Assembly (NCBI GenBank): GCA_951406725.2
Contig: OX597825.1
Coordinates: forward strand, 42,594,001-42,658,000
Source: Octopus vulgaris
Taxonomy: Eukaryota
Length of the DNA: 64,000 nucleotides
Reading direction: 5' to 3'
Positions 25,849-36,081 of this stretch are shown in pieces. A program made the position numbers and the translations under genes. The stretch's first letter is position 1. Every line of letters begins with the position of its first letter. The notes below the pieces were generated by a model, which saw only the letters and a list, made by a program, of their open reading frames with translations, made no database searches and was not told the origin of the DNA.

Positions 25849-26439
25849 GTGAAAGTGGGGGGAGTAAAGTGTAGTGTCAGAAAGAAACAGGAGGCAAAGC
25901 TAAGAGAAGTTAAGATAAGTTAGTATGTGTTAAGGCACTTGTGAACATGATAGGAGGAATAAAGACAGGAATGACAGGAGGAATGGAATGGTAAAAGAAA
26001 GTGACAACTAAGAAAATTGCAATTAGTGACGGAGAGATGCTGTCTGTCTGTCTATTTTTCTATTTATCTCTCTAACTCTCATAAAACCATTAGACTTTGG
26101 CAATTTCTGGAATTTTAAACAAGGATTTCAAGGGTCTCCTCACAGCTTATGTAATCTATTAAAACCTCACCCTTTCACACTACCTCAGCTTTTCATAATT
26201 TTTTTTCATTTTTCCATAATTTTTCAATTATGCTACTTTTCATTTTTAGCTTTTCGTCTTTCCATCTTTAATTGCTAATTTCTCAGTTGTTATGTTGTTC
26301 TACCTGTTCATTCCCTCTGTCATTCCTCTTATCATGTTCACAAGTGCCTTAGCTCATACTCATACTAACTTATCTTAATTTCTCTTAGCTTAGCATCCCC
26401 TGTTTCATTCTGACACTACACTTTACTCCCCGCTTTCAC
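25849..26439. repeat. Inverted repeat with ~175-bp arms and ~240-bp spacer
   Basis: ggggagtaaagtgtagtgtcagaa...gctaagagaa.ttaagataagttagtatg...taaggcacttgtgaacatgata (25849-26026) is complementary to tatcatgttcacaagtgcctta...catactaacttatcttaa.ttctcttagc...ttctgacactacactttactcccc (26269-26439). Confidence 0.9.
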
Positions 26440-26559
26440 TTTCACAATCTCTAGAACAAGGGTTACCATTCAGAAGTAAAAAAAAAACAAAATGTAACAA
26501 ACTTTGTGAATGGGTGGAAACACTAGGGCGACTGAGGTAATCAGGCACGATACATGTTG

Positions 26560-27170
26560 GACTTTGATCAAAAGTATTTGAGAAGAAAGTTCATATCCAG
26601 AACTTTCAAATGATATATAATTGCCCATAGAGAAAATGTATTTTGACATGAAAATGATCAAGCAAAAAGTGGGTTTTGTGTGGTCAAACGGTGCTTGTCT
26701 TCTTTCTACAGAGCTCTATAGTGATACCTACTAAAAGACTCTACAGATTTTGAGAAATTCTATATGACTTGCATGGTAAAAGGATGAATGAGACAGAAAC
26801 TTAGATTACAATTGGGAGTTCTTTTGAAATAATTTACTGAGAGTTACAGATGTAAGATCCTAACCAGACAAAGGGTGATATGATGGTGGTATGATATGGG
26901 AGACAAAACTAAAGTTAGGTGATTCGTGCATATCCTGAGATATAAGGATCACAAATCTGAGGAGTTTTCAGTTGCTAGGCAGAGTCAAATAAACTGAAAT
27001 GTTATTTGAGAAAAGTGTACCCAGAATGATAAACACCCACTTGCCCTTATTGATGATAACAAGAAGTGCTATTATGAGAGGTTGAGGAATAAGAAGAATG
27101 CATGAGACAAAGAGGGTCTACCCTAAGTTGAACCAATAGAGAAACCAGCAATTCATATTAACAGTAATGT
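26560..27170 (-). mobile_element. Very old non-LTR (L1/Tx1-like) reverse transcriptase relic
   Basis: Minus strand GST*G/DPL (QGDPL-like), then IPQPLIIAL...TLFSNNISVYLT (FADD-like), later ISFESSGYEL (resembling LPK..GGLGL). Many stops and frameshifts. Confidence 0.4.
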
Positions 27171-27219
27171 GTGAGATAGTGCAATTAAAATAATGAAAGT
27201 ATGGAAAGCTGCTTGTTCA

Positions 27220-28057
27220 GAAACAGTTCTGCAACCATAGGATGAATTTGATCAGGTAAAATACTTAAATAGTCTTGACTATCAATTCTGCCATGAAAGG
27301 AAACCATTGAGCCAGTGGATTTCCAAGATATAGCCCCCCACCCCCAGATCATCACAGATCCTCCTCCATGTTGGAAGAAAGCACCTGGGTCAAATGCTTC
27401 TTTCAGCTGTCTTCACACGTATACTTGGCCGGTTGTCGGAAATAAGGTAAAGGATGACTTGTCAAAGAAAAAAACATTCTTCCACTGCTCTAGGCACCAA
27501 TTCTGTAGGTTTTGACTCCACTCTAAATGCTTTGCAACATTTGTTTTTTAAAGTAGTGGTTTTCTTTGTGCAGCTCCTGGTGGAAACTGGGTTCTTGAGG
27601 TGGTCATTAAGCTCTGCAGTAGTTTGTGGAGCTGTACTTTTGTGATCCTTTCTAACAATTCGCATAAGAGTCTGGCGGTCTTTATTTGAAAGTTTTGGTT
27701 TTCTTTCGGAGTTTTGTTTCGACGAGGAGGTTTATCCCTCTTTCTGAAAGGCTGTCATTAGTTTCAAGAGAGAGTACTTCTTGATACACCAAACATTTCA
27801 TCTGTTTTCATTATGCTGGCACCTGCCATTTGAGCACCAACAATTTGACCTTTTTGAAAGTCCGATAGATCTGTCATTTTAATGAATTTTAATTACTTTT
27901 CTCATGAAAAGAAACAGCAATTTTAGCAAAAACATATTAAGCAACACTAATAACATATCAAAAACATAAAAATAAATAAGCTTTTGACGGTTTTATAGAT
28001 ATTTCAAAATTATGATGCTATGATGCTAGGTGTTTCCATTATTTTGTCCAACCCCTG
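27220..28057 (-). mobile_element. Tc1-like transposon: 5' TIR and N-terminal transposase (pseudogene)
   Basis: Terminus reads caggggttggacaaaataatggaaacacc on the minus strand. ATG at 27877 begins MTDLSDFQKGQIVGAQMAGAS..TDEMFGVSRST, followed by TAPQTTAELNDHLKNPVST and HGGGSVMIWG. Same family as 2762-3612. Confidence 0.9.
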
Positions 28058-28082
28058 CACATATAAGTATATATATATATAT

Positions 28083-28254
28083 ACAGGGGTGCAGGAGTGG
28101 CTGTGTGGTAAGTAGCTTGTTTACCAACCACATGGTTCTGGGTTGAGTCCCACTGCGTGGCATCTTGGGCAAGTGTCTTCTACTATAGCCTCGAGCCGAC
28201 CAAAGCCTTGTGAGTGGATTTGGTAGACGGAAACTGAAAGAAGCCCGTCGTATA
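28083..28254 (+). mobile_element. Young tRNA-headed SINE, 5' half (3' half at 29705-29920)
   Basis: gcaggagtggctgtgtggtaagtagcttg...ggttgagtcccactgcgtggcatcttgggcaagtgtcttctactatagcctcgagccgaccaaagccttgtgagtggatttggtagacggaaactgaaagaagcccgtcg. CpGs retained. Confidence 0.9.
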
Positions 28255-28282
28255 CCAATTTTTTTCCATCAATCTTTCAATT

Positions 28283-29355
28283 ATAAAGTGTGTGCTTGCA
28301 TACATATATATGCACACCTATAAACCTCTACATTTGTACACACACGCACATGTATACATACACTCACTCGCACGCACGTACACACAGACGCACACACACA
28401 CACATATATATATATACAATACACGCACGCACACATACACACGTACAAACACACACACACCAGCACAGATGCCCACATATAACTCCAACAAACAATACTC
28501 ATACAGATACGCACACATTCATACACGCATGGGCACAGACACACACACACATACATGCACGTAAGCGCACACACGCATACAAGCACACGCACGCACATTA
28601 CGCCCACACAACTCAAAAAACCTACACACACACACGCATACACAAATTCACATACACACCGATATATATTATACACACAATATATGCCTACACGCGCACA
28701 CACACATACACATATAGGCACAGACACACACACACACATACGCACACATAAACATGCGCACACATACGCATGCACACACGCACACCAATGCACACACTCA
28801 AAACTCACAACCCCGCGGATACACGCATATACATCCATATACGCTTACATACACACACATACAAACGCACACACAACTACACGCACGCACATACATACAC
28901 ACACACAAATGAACCCACACATACCTCCCATACACACGGCACACAATTATACATACATATATACACACATACGCACGTACAAGCACACACGCACACATAC
29001 ACTAAGTAAAGCACTGTTATTCGCCACACACCCAAACTCTACGCATACACACACGAACACACATATTACATACACACACACACTACAAACAAAACACACA
29101 CACGATACATATACATACACGCACACACACACACTTAAAAGTACTGACCTGTGGCAGGGACAAAAACACCACTCCTTATTCTTACAAACTAGCCAGCTTA
29201 CTACTAGCCAGTTGTTTACAGCTACAACCACACACACATACAAACAGACACGCACTCACATACACACACACACGTGTCATCATTGCACACATACACACAC
29301 ACGCACACGCACACGCACCTCCGCGCAATCACACATCCACACTTATACACACATT
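28283..29355. repeat. ~1.1-kb degenerate (CA)-rich low-complexity tract
   Basis: Mosaic of CA/CATA/CACG units. Source of the spurious H/T-rich and C/V-rich ORFs. Confidence 0.9.
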
Positions 29356-29519
29356 CCCCTTCCTAACATTCCGCTGTCTTTGACTATACTACTCTTCTGT
29401 CTTTGAAAACATCTTTCTTCACCCCTTTCCCTTCCGGTCTTTCGAAATGTGACTTTGTGTGTACCGTTGGCGATTTTTTTTCCTCTGTCTTCTTTTCTCT
29501 GGATCTTTCCTTCTCCTAT

Positions 29520-29554
29520 GTTTCCGACGAAGAGCCCCGCTCGAAACGTTAAAC
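29520..29554 (+). ncRNA. Minimal type I hammerhead-ribozyme-like motif (Penelope-type)
   Basis: gttt-CCGACGA-a-gagc(ccc)gctc-GAA-ACGT-T-aaac: stem I gttt/aaac, core CUGANGA with U4>C, stem II gagc/gctc, GAAA, palindromic stem III ACGT. It sits in a pyrimidine-rich segment (29355-29660) ending in (TA)n. Confidence 0.7.
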
Positions 29555-29653
29555 CCTCCTTCTTTCCTTCTTTCCTGAGCGTCCAATAATACTATATTTG
29601 TTCCACGTCCTCGCGTTGTTGTGTTTTTTTGTGTTTTCTTGTTTGGATTAACT

Positions 29654-29704
<51 letters not shown>

Positions 29705-29708
<4 letters not shown>

Positions 29709-29920
29709 TGTGTGTGTTTGTGTTTGTCCCCATAGCATTCCTTGACAACCGATGCTGGTGTGTTTATGTCCCCGTTACTTAGCGGTTCGACAAAAGAGTC
29801 CGATAGAATAAGTACTGGGCTTACAAAGAATAAGTCCCGGGGTCGAGTTGCTCGATTAAAGGCGGTGCTCCAGCATGGCCGCAGTCAAATGACTGAAACA
29901 ACTAAAAGAGTAAAAGAGTA
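29705..29920 (+). mobile_element. Young SINE 3' half with (GAGTAAAA) tail
   Basis: tgtttgtcccc...cttgacaaccgatgctggtgtgtttatgtccccgttacttagcggttcg...ggcggtgctccagcatggccgcagtcaaatgactgaaacaactaaaagagtaaaagagta. Confidence 0.9.
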
Positions 29921-29940
29921 GGATTGGAAAATTGCTGCTT

Positions 29941-30071
29941 CTCGGAGTGGTTCGTGTTAGGAAGGGCATCCAGCTGTAGAAAAATTGCCAGATCAGATTG
30001 AGCCTGGTGCAGCTTCTGTCTCACCAGTCTTCAGTCAAACCGTCCAGTCCACGCCAGCATGGAAAGCAGAC
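29941..30071 (+). mobile_element. RTE-tail element fragment
   Basis: ctcggagtggttcgtgttaggaagggcatccagctgtagaaa...gccagcatggaaagcagac is the reverse complement of the 3880-4010 family. Confidence 0.75.
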
Positions 30072-30072
30072 T

Positions 30073-30480
30073 TATACACGTACACACATTCACACACACA
30101 TACATACATACACAAGCACACGCGCATACACCCAACAAAATGCACACATGACTTGACACCGATCTCTACGTTCACACACACATATACACATGCACATAAC
30201 TACACGCACATACACATACACGCATACATGAGCAAAAAATACCTCTGCATACAACCCCTCCTTCACATACACACATACGCATACACATGCATACACACAA
30301 AATACACGCACACACGTTCACAATTATACATACATGGGCACAGACACGCACATACAAGCACACACAGAGTAACTTACATTTACTCCACAGACACAACCCC
30401 CCACACACAACTTCACGCGTACACCCATATACACACACACACAGACACACACTGCACACAAAATACACATCATTCAAACT
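30073..30480. repeat. Second degenerate (CA)-rich tract
   Basis: Directly visible. Shares gggcacagacac and acaattatacatacat with the 28283-29355 tract. Confidence 0.85.
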
Positions 30481-31148
30481 ACCAGCTAAACACATTTCTA
30501 CTGACCATTCTCCTACGCACATGTGTAGGTAGACACTCAACAGACAGCCACTCCTACCAAAATTGCTTTATATACATATTTATATTCTTATTTAATTTAA
30601 AAGTTTGAAAACGTGGTTTCTTACATATTTGGAATCTCTGTCATTGAAAACATAGGAATCTGCTGATAAAAACAATCAGAAAGGTCTGGTTTTCTGTGCG
30701 TGTGTGTGAGGGGGAGTGACTGTGCGCCAGGTCCGCCAGAGGTGTTGGGTGAAATTTGAAAAATTTAAAATTTAAGGAAAGGAAAAGTTGAGGTGAGGGT
30801 TTTAAATTTGGAAAACGTGGTTTTAAAAAAAGAAATTTCGAAAAATGTTCAAAATTTTAAATTGGTGGTGGTGGTATGTGGCATTGGAGGTTGAATTTTC
30901 AAAAATGTTCTCTTTTGCATATTCGTAATCTCCAACATCTAAAACGGAGAAATCTGAAAAAGTTTTTCAAAAAAAGGCATTTTTCCAGGAGAGGTGTAAT
31001 TCTGCATTATTCCCAATTTTTTTCATGTCAAAGTTGATCTGATATATATTTCATCCACAAAACCCTGGGTTGCTGTTTTTCACAAGAGTTTTTGTGCTTT
31101 CTTTACATTATACGTGTATATATACATATCTATAGCAATTGCAGCTTC

Positions 31149-31398
31149 GAAAATAGTTGTTAGCCATTCAAAGGAAACAAAAAAAGTGTTAGATTCACTT
31201 CAACATTTAAATTTAATTTGTGTCAAAATGCTTCCGTTGCTCTGAGACCACAACCTGTTCACTGCAGATGCAGCACGAAATTTTGTCAGTAAACAGCTCA
31301 CAGTTTCAGAGCGCCGAAAATATTTTGATGCAAATTAAATTTAAATGTTGAAGTGAATCTAATGGCTTTTTGTTCTTAAATGGCTTACAATCATCTTC
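31149..31398. repeat. ~250-bp inverted repeat with a hammerhead-like motif in each arm
   Basis: Perfect 32-bp complementarity between 31189-31220 (ttagattcacttcaacatttaaatttaatttg) and 31331-31362, within ~115-bp imperfect arms and a ~22-bp spacer. Confidence 0.9.
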
Positions 31399-31511
31399 CA
31401 CACTACAATTGTTTTTGTTTCAGCACACAATCTCAGATCAAGTCACTTGCTATGCAAGAACATATCCGTAATTTACTTTTCATTTGTGTCAGAATTTTCA
31501 TTACTTGACCA

Positions 31512-32700
31512 GTATCACAGATGAACTTTATCCAGGACAGACACCAGCTGACAGACCAGGTTTAATTGACTAAGTATTTAATATGAAACTTAGGGACCTC
31601 TTGCATGATATTTTGGAGAAGAATGTTATGGGAGAGGTTGTAGGGTACATGTGGACTATAGAGTTTCAAATGCAAGGTACATGTGGCCTATAGAGTTTCA
31701 AACACTCCTATTGTCATATGTTGTTCATATTAAAAAAAAGATCCAAAGCATTATGATTAATTTGTTTATGCAGAACTTGCAAGTTCACAAGCACAACCAA
31801 TTCTGTTTCAACATGTCACCAAAAGCATGCTACATGGTCCATGTGGAAATGATAACCCAATGTAAGATGTATGGTTGATGGGAAATGTAAAAAACATTTC
31901 CCTAAAAACTTTCAGGAAAATACATTACCCAGTTATAATGGCTATCCACTTTACTGACATCGAAATAATGGTTTTACATTTACAAAGTCTACTGTTGAAC
32001 TAGATAATCCTTCAGCAGTACCATATTCCCCCTTCTTTTCAGTCAAATATGGAGATCATTGTAATGTAGAGATATGTGTATCTGTAAAATGAGTTAAATA
32101 TATTGGCAAATATATTCATAAAGGTCATGATCGGGTGACAGTCAATATTAGTGGGCAAACCAAAGCAAGACAAACACACCGAGTTGAAATTGAAAATTAT
32201 ATCAATGGCTGCTATGTATCTTCATCAGAGGCAGTCTGAAGGATTCTAGGGTTCAAATTACATGGTTCATATCCTGCAGTCCAACAGCCTACAGTTCATT
32301 TATCCCAATAGCAATGCATTTACTTTAATGACAATGATGATATTGTTATTCATGCACATGACAGATCCACTCTCACTGAATGGATGCGAGTTAACCAGGA
32401 ATCAGCAGCCAACTCATTTGATGTACATTACATTCTACTGTTTACCCTGAATTAAGAATAATAGTGAGAAATTGTGAGATCTCAGAAAAAATAATACACA
32501 CTCAATTGGGCGTATCTACTTTGTTTCACAAAAGGAACAAGAGAAATTCTATCTGAGAGTTTTATTATATATTGCCAGAGCTACATCATTCAAAGATATG
32601 AGGATTATTAATGGTGTAGTTTGCTATAGTTACAAAGTGGCTGCAATGAAACTGGGTTTAGCACATGATGACCATGAATACTATTGGACTATGAAGTTTG
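31512..32700 (+). mobile_element. Helitron RepHel pseudogene fragment (Rep domain and downstream region)
   Basis: ITDELYPGQTPADRPGLID*VFNMKLRDLLHDILEKNVMGEVVGYMWTIEFQ; MLHGPCGNDNP; CMVDGKCKKHFPK; GYPLY; VPYSP; NVEICVSVK*VKYIGKYIHKGHDR; YVSSSEAV*RILGF; IGRIYFVSQKEQEKFYLRVLL..TSFKDMR. All are canonical Helitron motifs. Confidence 0.92.
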
Positions 32701-32902
32701 CAAATATTTCAATTTCAGCTACTATATCAGATACAAAGACTTTTCTGCTCCATTATTAATTACTGCATTCTATATGTATACTTAGGTATATATATACTTG
32801 TGGCACCCCATCGGTTATGACAACGAGGGGTATATATAATACAATGTAAAATACACTATCTCAAAGATAGCATGTTTGCACTAGTATGTGTGTATATATA
32901 TA

Positions 32903-33047
32903 TCTCTATATATATAAAACTGAGAATGTGTGTCTGTCTGTCTGTTTCCCTAAAACTTGAGAACTACACAACCAATTTCATTCAAATTTTACACATGCCT
33001 TACTTAGGGTCCGGGGAGTGTCATCGACAAGAAAAATTTTTAACTTA
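32903..33047 (+). mobile_element. Probable 5' end of a non-autonomous Helitron
   Basis: A|TCtctatatatataaaactgagaatgtgtgtctgtctgtctg...accaatttcattcaaattttacac. A TC start, TATA-rich head and (GTCT)n are typical of metazoan non-autonomous Helitrons. Confidence 0.55.
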
Positions 33048-34408
33048 TTTGATCAAACAGGTTGAAGTTATTGGGTACCAGATCCAGGCTGGAGTACCAG
33101 AGAACAGTGTGGTTTGTTGACTGTCTGATAATGTTTCTAAATATGCATGTGATTATACATTGTCAGGGTGAATATGGACCATTTTTAGATTCTTTTTTGG
33201 TCTCTTTCTTCTTATGGCTTGTCTGTGCTTTTTGAGTGTCTCAATGTGCCATTTACTGTTCTTGGTATAGTTACATTCCAGAAAATCAAGGGGAATTGTA
33301 TTAAGTTATATCTTCATGGTTTATTTTTGCTTCATCTATATTTTTAGACAATATCAATTTTAAATTAATAAAAATGTCATGATGATTATTCTGCATAGTT
33401 GAAAAGAAATGTCTTTTTTATATTTTATAGATTTTTACCTCAAACTTTTCAAAATTTCTGTTTGACTTATTTTGTTAAAGTTTTTGGGAAATATTCATAT
33501 GATATGAACCATCAAAATCAAAATGACTAGATTTTTATATGAATACCATAAACAATGAGTAACAACACTGTCACCACTAAACTATTTAGAATTAAAACAA
33601 AATAACTATATTACATGAAGTCCAACATGAGAATTCTTATAACTATACCCTTTAGACATGTCATAGTTAATGTCCATTTGAGATTCAATGCCAAAATTAT
33701 CTCAGTTCTTTTAGCTTTGACAGAATCAGACAAATTGTATCAGACCACTGAGATTGAATCTATTTGCAGTGATTTGCATGTCAAAAGCGTTACTGACAGA
33801 TCTACATTGATTAGAAGTACAGAGTAGGGTGGTTGGAGGAAGCAAATATCTAACCCCAGAGACTGGAAGCAATATTGTTTTTATCAGGATTGCTGAATGA
33901 AATCTTGATAAGATTTCTCTTTACTGTTAGGATTAAGTATCTATAAAACAACACAAGTCACTTGGTACAGAATTTCTGCTGTGGGCTAATAAAAGATACT
34001 AAAGATTTGATCAATCAGTGCTGTAAAACATGTAATAATAAAATACTAATATTTAATTTGGAATGAAATGATATGCTGATGACAAAAACTTAATAGAAAC
34101 TTAGAAATACAGAGTTGATCATAGATTGATGTCACTTTCTTTTCTAACTGTTTTTCATTTCTTTTAGCATAAACACTATGTTAATTACATCAGCTACAAA
34201 ATGTGTGCATAAATGTGTTCCTTCTAATGATTCACTAGGCTTTGTTACTTAGGCAATTTTTCTTTTATTGAAATGGAAAGCAAGTAAAATGTCTCTGGTA
34301 TGTAAATTCTTTAGGTTTCAGATAATTTTTTATGACAAAAAGATTTCAAATGTTTAGGGTCTGGGCAATAAAGTAATGAGACTTGTGCATGTTCATTCTT
34401 TCTTTCTG

Positions 34409-34409
<1 letters not shown>

Positions 34410-34490
<81 letters not shown>
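34410..34490. repeat. Perfect (TG)~40 microsatellite
   Basis: Directly visible. Confidence 0.97.
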
Positions 34491-34492
<2 letters not shown>

Positions 34493-34694
34493 ATATGTGT
34501 GTGTATATGTGTATGCATGTATATGTAAGTATGTATATTATACAACCATAGGACAGCAAAGGTTTTGAATGTAGAACAAAAACAGTGCAGCAACTGACAT
34601 GGTTGCAAGTAAAACTAAGCCATGCACACCCACACACAAGACATCCACAAATGATAGGACCCAGGGTGGTCAACATTGCTGCAAAGCCAGCAAT

Positions 34695-34900
34695 CACACC
34701 AATTCTTCTGATAAATATCAGAGGCCTCCTACAAAGCAACAGTAAATGCAAAATTGCATACCTGAAGCATCTTTCTTCATATAATCAAGCAATATGCATT
34801 GCACTTATAGACATCTGTTTGCAGACATAAATGATGCAGAGATACACATATCGATGTATGTTGTTTTCTGTGCAGACAGAAGAAAAAGAAGTCACAGTTA
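34695..34900 (+). mobile_element. LINE apurinic-endonuclease N-terminal fragment
   Basis: ILLINIRGLLQSNSKCKIAYLKHLSSYNQAICIALIDICL matches the APE pattern N.RGL ... I.LTET.L. Confidence 0.7.
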
Positions 34901-35059
34901 AAGGGGCTAGGGTATCAAACAGAAGGGGTAGGTTGTGAAAAATAAAGTGGACATAAGAAAGATAATAGACAAGAGTAATAGACAAGTTGCTCCTCTGTCT
35001 CACTAAGTTAATCTTCTTTGTATTGTGGCACTGGATTGCCTCAAGTTCTACAACCTTTT

Positions 35060-35730
35060 TGTCACTCTGTGTTGACCACAGATGACTTAGAACAAACGTT
35101 CTCCATAGGAGTAGCATGGTTCTGAATGATCACAGAATCCATTCAGCTTCTCACCTACACAGTGTTGCCATTTTAGTAATATGTACATAATATGTTGCAT
35201 TATTACTCATGTGTATTCTCAGGTCAGGCATTGATTCTGAATGTGGAACTGCCCCACTACCTACTGCTGTGCTTTCTGATTGTAGTCTGTTGTGGGCCAA
35301 TAGTGGAGTGCTTGAAACTTCCCAGTGTTGAACTGCATGTTATTTTCATCAGTCCATTTGTATATTGCATGCAGATAGTTTTACCATCAGTGTCCTTGAC
35401 TGCTTGTGATACTTGTGTATCTTAAGCATAGCTGATGAGAGTGGCTGACATACAATGGCTGATGACAGAGGGCATACAATAGTTGTCCCAAAATAGTTCT
35501 TTGAGGGGCTCCACTGTAAATTGATGTCTACCCAGAGAGAGCATCAGTAGCTGCAACTATGTTTTGCCCTTTAAAAAGTCATGCAGTGACACTTCCAGTT
35601 TTCCAGTGATATCAAGGTCACATAGTTTGTGACATATCATCCCATGATCAACTTTGTCAAAGACCTCAGCAGTTGAGATACATCACATCCACATTCAAAT
35701 AGTTGAGCTGCTGTTTCAAAACCACACATA
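35060..35730 (-). mobile_element. CR1/L2-group LINE reverse transcriptase fragment
   Basis: Minus strand NVDVMYL/AEVFDKVDHGMICHKLCDLDITGKLEVSLHDF, SGAPQRTILGQLL (GVPQG.LGP), and MQFNTGKFQAL. Confidence 0.8.
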
Positions 35731-36081
35731 ATCTGTTCTATGATGTACAAGTTCAAGAAAATTGTGACGTAGTATCTTCACATTGTGGATATGTTCCATG
35801 TTGGTGAAACAGAAGTCTAATATGGCTTGTTGGGGAGAGTATGGTTTGCTCCACAAACAACATTTTTGTGAGATCAAGTGATATTAAGTAAAGCCCCTGA
35901 AGAGACTGCATCGGTATCTTTATAGTAGGGTTGCAATTGTAATGGTTATTAATCAGTGCAGTTGAAACATGTGTAGGTCTATGTAAAGCTGTATATATAT
36001 AATTAGAATTAAAAGTAATGCTATGCAACTTCGTAATAATCCTAATTATTATTATTGTTGATACACACACACACATGCATA

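Noticed and set aside
28083-28165. Possible tRNA genes (also 3615-3704 and 2510-2555)
   Set aside because: They continue into SINE bodies and I could not fold a proper cloverleaf, so they are tRNA-derived heads.
28281-30608. Long His/Thr-rich and Cys/Val-rich ORFs (up to 283 aa)
   Set aside because: Translations of (CA)n/(TG)n mosaics, open in several frames on both strands.
30600-31130. Possible non-autonomous Helitron or MITE body with internal repeats (gaaaacgtggttt twice)
   Set aside because: Looks repetitive, but I could not define termini or a family.
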